49,950 nt of DNA, taken from an uncultured Alphaproteobacteria bacterium. GTDB lineage: Bacteria; Pseudomonadota; Alphaproteobacteria; MPNO01; UBA830. The stretch covers positions 1 through 49,950 of the forward strand of contig CAJWUK010000003.1 of assembly GCA_913047365.1 (NCBI GenBank), given 5' to 3'. Position 1 is the first letter of the stretch. Each line of letters starts with the position of its first letter. The position numbers were made by a program, and so were the translations under genes. Shown here piece by piece: positions 39,019 to 48,563 of the stretch. The notes under the pieces are model-generated. The model made no database searches and had not been told where the DNA came from. It saw only the letters and a list, made by a program, of their open reading frames with translations.

Positions 39019-39633
39019 CTAATCCGGCAAATTCGCCGTCATCTGCTGAACCCATTCGTCTGACGCGCCGGTCGATTTCAGTTCCGACGCCGCCTGTGCC
39101 TTGGTCTGCAGGACCGAGCCAATCACTTTGGGGTTGTCTTCTTCCGCCGGTTGGCAGCAGGCTTCCAGGCGGATGCCATTGGGATCCTTGAAATACATAG
39201 ACACGAGGCCTGGCAGGATATCGACCGGCCCGTCATATTCCACGCCGGCGGCATCAAACCGAGCGCGCATTTCTTCCATCTTGGTCGGTGTTATCGTAAA
39301 GGCGCAGTGCTGCATGCCGCCGATATCGTCGCGGTCGGACTGCTTCTTTTCGCCCTTCGGGATTTCGAAAAACGCCAATAGACTGTCATTGCCCATGTCG
39401 AAGAAATAGTGGCGGATTTCCTCGTATGGCGGGTTGCCGCGGTTGCCGGGTCCGGTACCGACACCCGGAGGGACCTTCATCGCATGTACCAGCGGCATGC
39501 CCACAACATTCACGTAAAAGTCGGTCGTCATCTGCATGTCTTCGGTGGTCAGCGCCAGATGATGGACGCCACGCGTGGGCGGCGGCGTGGACGTGGCCCC
39601 GGATTGTTCCGGGGCTGTACCTGAATCGGGCAT
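39019..39633 (-). CDS. VOC family protein
   Basis: GVHHLAL, RHYFFDMG, MQHCAF and SMYFKDPNGIRLE. Start at ATG 39633. Confidence 0.92.
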   Translation of the reverse strand: MPDSGTAPEQSGATSTPPPTRGVHHLALTTEDMQMTTDFYVNVVGMPLVHAMKVPPGVGTGPGNRGNPPYEEIRHYFFDMGNDSLLAFFEIPKGEKKQSDRDDIGGMQHCAFTITPTKMEEMRARFDAAGVEYDGPVDILPGLVSMYFKDPNGIRLEACCQPAEEDNPKVIGSVLQTKAQAASELKSTGASDEWVQQMTANLPD

Positions 39634-39751
39634 CTCGCTTCTCCCTGAATGATGACGCAACCATAGCAGCACTGGCCCGAAGGGCCAAAATCCTCTACGA
39701 AAGACGCAGAATAAAACGCCTCAAACGCAAATCGATCAAAAGGGAGCTGTC

Positions 39752-40375
39752 ATGATCTACGAAGCAAGAACCTATCGCCTGAAACCGCGCGGCGTGCCAG
39801 AATTCATGAAGACGTTCGGTAAAGCCTATGAGAAGCGCAAAAGCCTCTCTAAGATTTCGGCCTTTTTCTATACCGAGATCGGCCCCCTGAACGAGGTTAT
39901 CCATATCTGGCCTTACAAAGATGCCGACGAACGCGACAAAAAGCGCGCGCGGTCGGTCAAGGACAAGAAGTACAACTGGCCGCCCAAGGTTGCCCATCTG
40001 CAGGAACATATGCAGTCGGAGCTTTTCGTACCCTCCCCCTTCACACCCACCTTTGCAAAGGGAAATAAGGGACCGATCTTTGAATGGCGCGAATACCAGA
40101 TCATTCCCGGCATGATTCCAGAACTCTACAAGAGCTGGGAAAAAGCCATCGGCAAACGGACCGAATTGTCCGAATTGGTCATGGCAATGCACACCGATGC
40201 GGGCGACCTGAACAAGTTCGTCCATATATGGGCCTATGAAAGCCTGGAACACCGTGCCGAAGTCCGCGCAGAAGCCATGGCAAAAGGCATTTGGCCGCCC
40301 CATGGCCGCAAGGAAACCTTGCAGACCCAAGCGAATAAAATCGTTCTGGCAGCACCGTTTTCGCCGATCAAGTAA
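39752..40375 (+). CDS. NIPSNAP family protein (two repeats)
   Basis: YEARTY..GPLNEVIHIW and EWREY..GDLNKFVHIWAYES..R. Confidence 0.92.
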   Translation: MIYEARTYRLKPRGVPEFMKTFGKAYEKRKSLSKISAFFYTEIGPLNEVIHIWPYKDADERDKKRARSVKDKKYNWPPKVAHLQEHMQSELFVPSPFTPTFAKGNKGPIFEWREYQIIPGMIPELYKSWEKAIGKRTELSELVMAMHTDAGDLNKFVHIWAYESLEHRAEVRAEAMAKGIWPPHGRKETLQTQANKIVLAAPFSPIK

Positions 40376-40394
40376 GATCGATCTGACACTCTGC

Positions 40395-40427
40395 AACGGG
40401 CGGGCGCGTCTTGGCGCCCGCCCGTTT
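40395..40427 (+). terminator. Hairpin, possible terminator after NIPSNAP
   Basis: AACGGGCGGGCGC-loop-GCGCCCGCCCGTTT. Confidence 0.55.
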
Positions 40428-40447
40428 GCGTTCTGAGAGGTACCCTT

Positions 40448-41242
40448 ATGGATCTGGGAATCAAGGGCCGTCGTGCCCTGCTTCTGGCGTCCACCCGGGG
40501 GCTGGGTTTCGCCTCCGCGCTGGCATTGGCCCGTGAAGGGGTGTTCGTTTGCGTCAGCGGCTCGAACGGTGAACGCGCGGAAGAAGCGGCGGCAAAAATC
40601 CGTAAAGAATCCGGCGGGGCCGCGATGGGTCTGCCCGGCGATCTATCAAAACCTGCAAACATGGAAACTCTGGTAGCAGACGCGGCGGAAGGCTTGGGTG
40701 GCGGTATAGACATACTGCTGTTGAACCATGGCGGTCCTCAACTTCGCTCTGCGCTGGAGGTTACCCAGGACGAATTAGTTGCCCTCTCTTCCATCATGAT
40801 GAAAAGCATGATCCGCGCTGCGCAGCTTGTCGTGCCCGGCATGGGCGACCGGGAATGGGGCCGGGTGGTTCTGGTCGGGGCGCCGTCTGTGGGAGAGCCG
40901 ATTCCGCATAATGTGCTGTCGAACCTCTATCGCGGCGGCATGGCCAATTACTGCAAAACGCTGGCGGCGGAGGTTATCGGCAAAGGAGTAACAGTGAACA
41001 TCGTCTCGCCGTCCGCCGTCCTGACCGAACGCACACAGTCCACTGCCGAACAGCGGGGCGCCTTACGTGGCGTATCCGCCGAAGAAGAACTCGCCGCCCG
41101 CGAAAGCGCCCTGCCCGCCGGCCGGTTCGGCATGCCAGAGGAATACGGCGCAACGGTTGCCTTCATCTGCAGCGACCTGGCCGGTTACACAACCGGCACC
41201 AACATCCGCGTGGACGGCGGCGCGGCAAAGGGGTTCAGCTGA
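40448..41242 (+). CDS. SDR family oxidoreductase
   Basis: MDLGIKGRRAL..ASTRGLG, NHGGP, SNLYR, PAGRFG and VDGG. Confidence 0.9.
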   Translation: MDLGIKGRRALLLASTRGLGFASALALAREGVFVCVSGSNGERAEEAAAKIRKESGGAAMGLPGDLSKPANMETLVADAAEGLGGGIDILLLNHGGPQLRSALEVTQDELVALSSIMMKSMIRAAQLVVPGMGDREWGRVVLVGAPSVGEPIPHNVLSNLYRGGMANYCKTLAAEVIGKGVTVNIVSPSAVLTERTQSTAEQRGALRGVSAEEELAARESALPAGRFGMPEEYGATVAFICSDLAGYTTGTNIRVDGGAAKGFS

Positions 41243-41493
41243 CCCGATTTTACTTAGCCGCCCCAATTCGCGTCGAATGAACTGATACATCGCCGCCTAT
41301 AGCCACATATTTCGTGATGAGCTGAAAAATATGGAAGAAGACCCAGATCCGCCGGATGTGCGGCACAATGAAGACGCAAACCGCATGATCGAGACAAGCT
41401 GCTGAAACACCGTCATCTCACCCGGTGAAAAATCAGCGTGGGAATAACCCCGTTTGTTTGAGCGGTTCAGCCGGAGACCTGGATTATACGGTT

Positions 41494-42582
41494 CTATGCC
41501 TTCACTAACCTTTCAGGCACCAGCACAGCCCCCCGCATGATCATCCTCGCCGTACGAACTATACCAGCGGCCTGAATTTCATGACCATTCGCCCCATCAG
41601 TTAGGGTCAGGGCAAGGTGAAGTTTCCCCGCAGGGTGTTCGATGGAAAAGCGCGGGCTATTATCGCGCGCAAACAAATCCACAAGCGGTTCGGCCACCGT
41701 TCCCGGCGTGATTGAGGCGTAGGCAACGGCGATGCCGCCGGTGATCGCGTGGGTCTGGTGTGTCTTGTCGGGTACGAAATACCGCGACGTGATGGCGCCA
41801 CCATCTCGTGGCGGGGCGAGGATGACGATTTTCGGCTGAACCTGGCCTGTCACATCGCCAAGACCCATGCGCTGGCCAGCTTCGCGCCGCATGGTCTCGA
41901 CGCGTTCAAAAAACGTGGTGTCCTCGTCCAGTTCGCCGGCGGATTCGTATCCCGTTTTTCCGACATCGGTAGCCCGCATGATCATACACGGCATTGCCGC
42001 ATCGACGATCGTGACATCGACGCCGTCGATGGTTTCCATCTTCTCGCCGGTGGGAAACAGCTTGCCGGTGCGCGCGCCCACCACATTCATGAAATTCAAC
42101 AGGATGGGTGCCGCGGTGCCGGGTACGCCATCGATGGCCGCGTCACCCTCGTATTCCACTTGTCCGCCGGGCGTCGGAATCACGGCTTCGACCAGACCGT
42201 TTGTATTGACCTGATAGATACGGACCCGGGTTTCCCCGTCTTCGGCTTTCACCATGCCGGTCTCGATCGCATATGGCCCGACGCCCGCCAGCATGTTGCC
42301 GCAGGTCGGCGCGTAATCCACCTTGGCTTCCTCCACCGAGAGCTGGGCAAAAAAGTAATCAACATCGGCATCTTCCCGGTCGGATGAGGACAGGATACAG
42401 GCCTTGCTGGTGACGGAGGTCGTACCCCCGACGCCATCGACTTGGCGCGGGTCCGGAGAACCGAACGCCTTTAGGAAGATGTCGTCCCACAATTCCCGGT
42501 CTTCGGGCAGATCGGCTATGTTGAAATACAGCCCCCGCGAAGTGCCGCCGCGCATGAATATGGCCGGAATGGATGTCTGCAA
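41494..42582 (-). CDS. PrpF/GalD family isomerase (4-oxalomesaconate tautomerase-like)
   Basis: MRGGTSRG, GSPDPRQVDGVGG, CGNM, EHPAG and RTAR. Confidence 0.88.
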   Translation of the reverse strand: MQTSIPAIFMRGGTSRGLYFNIADLPEDRELWDDIFLKAFGSPDPRQVDGVGGTTSVTSKACILSSSDREDADVDYFFAQLSVEEAKVDYAPTCGNMLAGVGPYAIETGMVKAEDGETRVRIYQVNTNGLVEAVIPTPGGQVEYEGDAAIDGVPGTAAPILLNFMNVVGARTGKLFPTGEKMETIDGVDVTIVDAAMPCMIMRATDVGKTGYESAGELDEDTTFFERVETMRREAGQRMGLGDVTGQVQPKIVILAPPRDGGAITSRYFVPDKTHQTHAITGGIAVAYASITPGTVAEPLVDLFARDNSPRFSIEHPAGKLHLALTLTDGANGHEIQAAGIVRTARMIMRGAVLVPERLVKA

Positions 42583-42628
42583 GCCAACGATCTCCGTTTC
42601 TGGGCCTAAAGACTAGACCGATTTTAGC

Positions 42629-43801
42629 TCAGGCTGAACCGCCGCTTTCCCTCGCGTAGCGCACCAGTGCCATGAAGCGATAGATCCCGTGGACAAACTT
42701 GCCATAGGGCATGGTAAAAAACAGGCTAAACACCACGCCCAAATGGATCGCCAGCAGCGCCCCCATTGCGGGCGTATCACGCAAGAACAGAAGCAGAAGT
42801 CCGGTCAGGCTGGTCAGGAAAAGCATCAGCAGGAATGCTACGTCCATACCGAAACGGTCTTTGTCCTGCATATCGGGATCACGAATCCACTTGGCCCGCA
42901 AAAGACCCACCGGCCCGATCAGCAATCCAATCCCGCCCAACGTACCCAGCACGACGGGCAGGTCCCACCACGGATAAGGCGCTTCGCGGCCCCAAAAATA
43001 GTGGTACAGCGTGGCTACCGATGTCGAGGCAAAGCACAGCAGGAAGCCGTAAAAGGTGAAATGGTGGTAAAGTCGCCGGTGATCGGGCACGTCGTCTTCA
43101 TCCGCCAGGCAATCCCCGCCGCCGCCATCCAGATACCGCAGCTTGCTGGCATCTTTCATCGCCTGCCAGAAGGATTTGCCGTCGCTCAGCGTGCCGGGCG
43201 AGGGGTCAGCTTCTTTCCAGAATGCCCGCGCGCCCATGAATGTCGCAAGGATCGCATACAGGAAAACCGCGCCGAACAGAACGACCATCGCGTTGTGGGG
43301 CATCAGCTTATAGAACGCGCCCGGCCCGGTATGGGTGCCATATAGAATGGCCGGATCGTTCCAGGCTGCGAACCCGCCGATGAACAGCGCAACGCTAAAC
43401 GCGGAAATGATGCTGACCACCAGCCCATTGCGTGCAAACAGGCCGGAGAACATCCGCGGCCAGGCATAGGCCTGATAGGATTCCGCGCGCACCCGCGCCA
43501 TCACCTTCGGCACGTTGACGTCGAATTCGTGGGGCGGAGAGAACTGGCAATCGTAAAAGCACGCGCCACAGCCATGGCACAGATTGGCCAGATAGTTCAG
43601 GTCGCCATCGGGGAAATCCCGCCGCGCGATCATCGCCGGGAACACGGCGCACAATCCTTCGCAGTACCGGCAGGAATTGCACACCGTCATCAGCCGGCCC
43701 AGTTCGGTCAGCGTTTCCGTTCCGCCCGGCACGGCGCTAAGTCCCGCCTTTTCGGGCTTGGCCAGCGGATCGAAGTCTTTTGCCTGGTCAGTTGCGGGCA
43801 T
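42629..43801 (-). CDS. tcuB: Tricarballylate utilization 4Fe-4S membrane protein
   Basis: CNSCRYCEGLCAVFP, LANLCHGCGAC..CQ..PPHEF and MPYGKFVH. Confidence 0.92.
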   Translation of the reverse strand: MPATDQAKDFDPLAKPEKAGLSAVPGGTETLTELGRLMTVCNSCRYCEGLCAVFPAMIARRDFPDGDLNYLANLCHGCGACFYDCQFSPPHEFDVNVPKVMARVRAESYQAYAWPRMFSGLFARNGLVVSIISAFSVALFIGGFAAWNDPAILYGTHTGPGAFYKLMPHNAMVVLFGAVFLYAILATFMGARAFWKEADPSPGTLSDGKSFWQAMKDASKLRYLDGGGGDCLADEDDVPDHRRLYHHFTFYGFLLCFASTSVATLYHYFWGREAPYPWWDLPVVLGTLGGIGLLIGPVGLLRAKWIRDPDMQDKDRFGMDVAFLLMLFLTSLTGLLLLFLRDTPAMGALLAIHLGVVFSLFFTMPYGKFVHGIYRFMALVRYARESGGSA

Positions 43802-45185
43802 TGTGTGCGGCCTCCCTGCCCGCGATACGGCCAAAAACGCTTCCGATGGTCATGCCGATCCCGGCGGCATATCCCTTACCCAGCACATTGCCGGACATGA
43901 TCTCCCCGGCGGCAAACATGTTCGCCGATGGTTTGCCGTCCTTCATAATGATCTTGGCCTGCTTGTCGACACGGGTGCCCAGATACGTGAAGGTGATCCC
44001 CGGCCGTACCGGATAGGCATAATAGGGCGGCGTTTCCAACCGTTGCGCCCAGTGGGTTTTCGGCGGTTCCAGCCCTTCGGTATGGCAATCGTCTAGAATG
44101 GTGTGATCGAACGTGCCGTCGACTACCGCGCCATTGAAATCGGAAACGGTTTTTTCCAGGGTCTCCGCCGGAATCTGCAGCTTTTGCGCCAGCTCGCCCA
44201 CGGTGTCCGCCCTGATCGGGGGAAACAGCGACGGCATGAATTTCGTCAGCACCGAATGGTCGAACACGATATAGGCGATCTGGTCCGGCTGCTGCGCCAC
44301 CAGCCGCCCCCAGATGGCATAGCGCTTCGGCCAGATATCCTCACCCTCGTCGTAAAAGCGTTCAGCGTGTTTGTTGACCACGATGCCGAACACCACGCAA
44401 TCCAGCCGGGTGATGATCCCGCCATCGTATTTGGGTGCGCGGGCATCGATGGCGACAGCATGGCACTGGGTCGGATCGCCGATTTCCTGGACGCCGGCAT
44501 CCAGCAGCATTCTGAGGATAGAACCCTGGTTGTTGGCAGTGCCGCGGATCAGAAAGTTTTCCGCTGCCTCGCCCCAGTATTCCTTCAACCACTCAATATT
44601 CGATTCAAACCCGCCGGCGGCGGCAACCAGCGCGCCGGCACGCACCGTTTCATCCGTGCCACCTATCCGCGCGGTGGCAGATACGAACATGCCGTTGTCG
44701 ATTTCCATGGACGTCACTTCGGCTTCGTACAGCACGTCAACGCCGATCCGTGCCGCCGTGTTGTAAAGCGCGTTCAGCATCGCACGCCCACCTCCTAGGA
44801 AGAATGAATTCGTCCGCCCCAGTCCCAGCGTGCCGCCCAGCGGGGGCTGGAACCGTACCCCCTGCTCCACGATCCAGTTCAGCATATCCTTTGAATGATG
44901 GATCATGTGGCGGGCGAGTTCCTCGTCGGTTTCGCCTTCGGTGACCCGCAGCAAGTCCTCGAACAGTTCCTCTTCCGGATAAGGCCCGGTCAGGGTATCA
45001 GTCGCCGCATCATGGGCGCAGCGCATGTTGCGGGTATGGCGAGTATTGCCACCGCGGAAAAATTTAGTCGCCCGTTCGAGCACCAGTACGGACGCGCCTT
45101 CAAGACGCGCGCTGATCGCCGCACATAGTGCTGCATTGCCCCCGCCGATGACGAGTACATCGTATTTTTGTATCAGATCCACCAT
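43788..45185 (-). CDS. tcuA: FAD-dependent tricarballylate dehydrogenase
   Basis: GGGNAALCAA, RGGNTRHTRN, RAPKYDGGIITR, WPKRYAIWG and GYAAGIGMTIG. Confidence 0.93.
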   Translation of the reverse strand: MVDLIQKYDVLVIGGGNAALCAAISARLEGASVLVLERATKFFRGGNTRHTRNMRCAHDAATDTLTGPYPEEELFEDLLRVTEGETDEELARHMIHHSKDMLNWIVEQGVRFQPPLGGTLGLGRTNSFFLGGGRAMLNALYNTAARIGVDVLYEAEVTSMEIDNGMFVSATARIGGTDETVRAGALVAAAGGFESNIEWLKEYWGEAAENFLIRGTANNQGSILRMLLDAGVQEIGDPTQCHAVAIDARAPKYDGGIITRLDCVVFGIVVNKHAERFYDEGEDIWPKRYAIWGRLVAQQPDQIAYIVFDHSVLTKFMPSLFPPIRADTVGELAQKLQIPAETLEKTVSDFNGAVVDGTFDHTILDDCHTEGLEPPKTHWAQRLETPPYYAYPVRPGITFTYLGTRVDKQAKIIMKDGKPSANMFAAGEIMSGNVLGKGYAAGIGMTIGSVFGRIAGREAAHNARN

Positions 45186-45289
45186 GTCGCCGGATATTTC
45201 AAAAATTGAGATACCGAGTTTTGCCGCGTTGGCGCGCGGGAGGCAAGACGAAGTCTAGCCGACAGCACGAATACCACTATGATACCGTC

Positions 45290-46771
45290 ATGAACCTTGC
45301 CGAAGCCTTGGACGGCAATGCCCAGCGTCGTCCGCACGCCCCCGCCGTTATCACCGCAACCGACACCATCAACCATGCCGATTTTCGCAATATGGCCTGC
45401 CGCCGCGCAGCGCGACTGGCAGAATTGGGTGTGGAACGGGGCGATATCGTCGGCGTGAATTTGAAGGATAACTCGGAACATCTGGCTGCCCTGTTCGCCC
45501 TTGCGCGGCTCGGCGCGGCGTCCCTGCCCATGGACTGGCGCTGGACGGTGGAGGAAAAATCACGCCTCGCAGAGTTCTTTTCCCCCAAAATTGTACTCTC
45601 TGAACCAGACGACCCGTTCGCCCGTATCGGGGGCGACTGGCAGTCGGTGAAAACGGATAGGGCCTGGCTCGATGCGGTCCGAAAATGCAATCCTGATGCC
45701 ACAGAACTGGCCGATGGCGATCCGCCCTTGTTGCTGGCGCTATCGTCGGGAACGACGGGAATCCCCAAAGGGCCGCTGATCACCCACGATCAGTTCTTCG
45801 CTCGTTTCATGATCTATTTCGCAACTCTGGGATTCAACGAACGCACCCGGTATCTGTGCGCCACGCCGCTCTATTTCGGCGGAAGCCGCGGCTATTCTAT
45901 GTGTTCGGTCTATGCCGGGGGCACGGCCCTCCTCTATCCGCCGCCCTACGAGATGCCGGAATTGGTTTCGTTCGGCACAGAACACGGCGCGACCAAGATG
46001 TTTCTGGTGCCGACGCTGCTGCGTCGCCTGATGGACATGCCGGCGCGGGACGACGGGCAATTGCTGATGCCGGGGCTCGACCTGCTGTTTTCAACCGGAT
46101 CGATCCTGCACCCAGAAGAACGTGATGCCCTGATGAAGAACGTATCGCCCTGGTACCTGAATTTTTACGGTTCCACCGATGGCGGTGGGGCCACCGCGCT
46201 ATTCTGGGACGACCCGCCGGAGGTCGCGGGTTCCGTGGGACGGCCGGTATTCGGGGCGGAAATCGACATAGCGGGTGAGGACGATACGTCAGAGCCGTTC
46301 GGAAAGATCGGCCGTATCCGTTACAAACATCCTGGGACGGCGACGGGATATCACAACGATCGGGACGCCAGCCGTGAGGCCTTTCGCGACGGCTGGTATT
46401 ACCCAGGCGATCTCGGCTGGCGGGATGAGGCCGGTTACCTTTACCTAGCGGGCCGGGCCAAGGACATCATCATCCGGGGCGGCGTGAATATTTATCCAGC
46501 GGAGATCGAACACGTGCTGTGCCAGCACAAAGCGGTACGCGATGCCGCCGTCGTCGCCTGGCCATCGCGCGAATTCGGCGAGGAAATCGCGGCCTTCGTT
46601 GTCTTGCGCGATGCCGCTGCTGATCTGGACAATATCAACGGCTGGTGCCGCCAGAACCTTGCCCGCTACAAGGTACCGCGGGAAATTCTCCCAATCGACG
46701 ACCTGCCCAAAAGCGGTGTCGGTAAGGTGCTGAAGAACGCGTTGTCGGAGCGGCTGGAACCGATCGGGTAG
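45290..46771 (+). CDS. Class I adenylate-forming (acyl-CoA ligase) protein
   Basis: SSGTTGIPKG, YGSTD, GDLG, GRAKDIIIRGG and LPKSGVGK. Confidence 0.9.
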   Translation: MNLAEALDGNAQRRPHAPAVITATDTINHADFRNMACRRAARLAELGVERGDIVGVNLKDNSEHLAALFALARLGAASLPMDWRWTVEEKSRLAEFFSPKIVLSEPDDPFARIGGDWQSVKTDRAWLDAVRKCNPDATELADGDPPLLLALSSGTTGIPKGPLITHDQFFARFMIYFATLGFNERTRYLCATPLYFGGSRGYSMCSVYAGGTALLYPPPYEMPELVSFGTEHGATKMFLVPTLLRRLMDMPARDDGQLLMPGLDLLFSTGSILHPEERDALMKNVSPWYLNFYGSTDGGGATALFWDDPPEVAGSVGRPVFGAEIDIAGEDDTSEPFGKIGRIRYKHPGTATGYHNDRDASREAFRDGWYYPGDLGWRDEAGYLYLAGRAKDIIIRGGVNIYPAEIEHVLCQHKAVRDAAVVAWPSREFGEEIAAFVVLRDAAADLDNINGWCRQNLARYKVPREILPIDDLPKSGVGKVLKNALSERLEPIG

Positions 46772-46889
46772 CGGAGAGCTCTCATCTTTCTGCCTGACCG
46801 ATAGGTAGCGGGCCGGCTTGAGATAAAAACCGTTTTTATCACCGCCGCAATCGACAATTTCAAGGATGTTTCGGAAGCATCAACATCGC

Positions 46890-46918
46890 TTGACAGGACA
46901 GGCCTTCCTACACATTAT
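46890..46918 (+). promoter_or_regulatory. Putative sigma70 promoter of tRNA-Ala
   Basis: TTGACA-N17-CATTAT followed by a GC-rich discriminator. Confidence 0.6.
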
Positions 46919-46950
46919 CCGCCCGCTCGATCCCCCGGGATCGGCTCGGT

Positions 46951-47026
46951 GGGGCCGTAGCTCAGCTGGGAGAGCGCTGCGTTCGCAATGCAGAGGTCGG
47001 GAGTTCGATCCTCCTCGGCTCCACCA
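46951..47026 (+). tRNA. tRNA-Ala (anticodon CGC)
   Basis: GGGGCCG acceptor stem with G3:U70, D-arm AGCTCAGCTGGGAGAGC, anticodon loop TTCGCAA, T-loop TTCGATC and encoded CCA; 76 nt. Confidence 0.97.
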
Positions 47027-47058
47027 ATCTACACTGTCAATTTCACAGGGGCGATTTC

Positions 47059-47361
47059 ATGCAGATTATCCATACGCTGTTCAATCTCCTCGACATCGTG
47101 GTGCACCTCTATATGTGGTGTTTCATCATCTCGGCGATTTTGAGCTGGCTGATCGCATTCAACGTGATCAACACCACCAACCGGTTGATCTATACGGTCG
47201 GTGATTTTCTCTATCGGATCACCGAACCGGCCCTGCGGCCAATCCGAAATCTGCTGCCCAATTTTGGCAACATTGATTTTTCGCCGCTGGTCGCGATTCT
47301 GCTGCTGATCTTTTTCAAAGACGGCATTCTGCGGCAACTTCACATCTGGATCGTCACCTAA
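47059..47361 (+). CDS. yggT: YggT family membrane protein
   Basis: ILSWLIAFNVIN, TEPALRPIR and IDFSPLV. Confidence 0.92.
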   Translation: MQIIHTLFNLLDIVVHLYMWCFIISAILSWLIAFNVINTTNRLIYTVGDFLYRITEPALRPIRNLLPNFGNIDFSPLVAILLLIFFKDGILRQLHIWIVT

Positions 47362-47466
47362 CCTTCCGCTTTCCAATTGCCGGTAAAATGCGTCGATCAG
47401 TCTCTGTATCGAAGGCGACGAATGCGCTAATCAATCGGTTTGGATTGTAGAAGGAGTTTTCGCCGA

Positions 47467-48357
47467 ATGAACGCTGACCGCCGAATTGACGGAAGGGCCT
47501 TTGCTGAAAACCTGCGCGCTCGCGTCACCGAAGAAACTGCCCGAATAAAGGCGGAACACGGGCTCACGCCTGGTCTAGCAGCGGTCCTAGTCGGCGAGGA
47601 TCCGGCCAGCCAAGTATACGTTCGCAACAAGAATAAACAAACCATCGAAGCCGGTATGAATTCGCTGGGAGAGACTCTGGCAGTTGATACGTCGGAAGCC
47701 GACCTTCTGGCGACCGTCGAAAAACTGAACGCCGATCCCGCCGTTCACGGCATTCTAGTCCAGCTTCCTTTGCCCGATCAGATCAATCCCAACGCGGTTA
47801 TAGATGCCATCGAACCCGCAAAAGACGTGGACGGTTTTCATCTGCGCAATGTCGGGCTTTTGGCCACCGGCCGAGGCGGCATGGTGCCGTGCACGCCGCT
47901 CGGCTGCGAGATGCTGCTAAAAGAACGGTTGGGAGATCTGACCGGCCTGAATGCCGTCGTGGTCGGCCGGTCCAATATTGTCGGCAAACCGATGGCGCAA
48001 TTGTTGCTGGGTGCAAATTGCACGGTGACAATCGCTCATTCCCGTACCGCCGACCTGCCGGCGGTCTGCCGGGAAGCCGATATCCTGATCGCCGCCGTGG
48101 GCCGCGCGCAGATGATCAAGGGCGACTGGATCAAGCCGGGAGCGACTGTCATCGACGTCGGCATCAACCGGGTACCGGCGGAAGAAGAAGGCAAAACGCG
48201 CCTTGTCGGCGATGTCGCCTTCGATGAAGCAGTGGAACACGCAGGCGCCATTACGCCCGTGCCCGGCGGTGTGGGCCCGATGACTATCGCCTGCCTGCTG
48301 CGCAACACGCTGGTGGCGGCGTGCCGGCAGAACAATATTGACGTGCCGGATATCTGA
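47467..48357 (+). CDS. folD: Methylenetetrahydrofolate dehydrogenase/cyclohydrolase
   Basis: [31 protein letters not shown] and [11 protein letters not shown]. Confidence 0.97.
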   Translation: MNADRRIDGRAFAENLRARVTEETARIKAEHGLTPGLAAVLVGEDPASQVYVRNKNKQTIEAGMNSLGETLAVDTSEADLLATVEKLNADPAVHGILVQLPLPDQINPNAVIDAIEPAKDVDGFHLRNVGLLATGRGGMVPCTPLGCEMLLKERLGDLTGLNAVVVGRSNIVGKPMAQLLLGANCTVTIAHSRTADLPAVCREADILIAAVGRAQMIKGDWIKPGATVIDVGINRVPAEEEGKTRLVGDVAFDEAVEHAGAITPVPGGVGPMTIACLLRNTLVAACRQNNIDVPDI

Positions 48358-48401
48358 TCATCCGATATAACTGGTCCGGATCAGCACCTGGGCCGAACCA
48401 G

Positions 48402-48552
48402 ATGGACGCCGACCTTATCTCCCTTGCCTTTGCAACGCTTGCCTTTGTAGGCGGGAATTTCCTGGTGGCGCGTGGGTCTGGGGACGATCCTGCATGTCGT
48501 GTTCTTTTACCTGCACGAAACCGTTTTCACGATGAACCTGTTGCCGGTTTGG
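48402..48552 (+). pseudogene. Probable NnrU-family remnant with N- and C-termini joined by an internal deletion
   Basis: MDADLISLAFATLAFVGGNF, then after a +1 shift at about 48462, WWRVGLGTILHVVFFYLHETVFTMNLLP. These resemble the first and last TM helices of NnrU proteins (from memory). Confidence 0.5.
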
Positions 48553-48563
48553 AAAAAAACCCG

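Noticed and set aside
41243-41493. 250-bp spacer between the convergent SDR and PrpF genes as an ncRNA or gene remnant
   Set aside because: No recognisable RNA motif, strong hairpin or protein similarity by eye.
46951-47400. tRNA-Ala as an integration site for an island
   Set aside because: It is followed directly by yggT-folD; no integrase and no duplicated tRNA 3' end was seen in the window.
47362-47466. Possible DUF167 (YggU) remnant between yggT and folD (LCIEGD..ALINRF)
   Set aside because: The position fits the usual yggT-yggU-folD order, but the match is only a few residues and needs a frameshift; unsupportable without an alignment.
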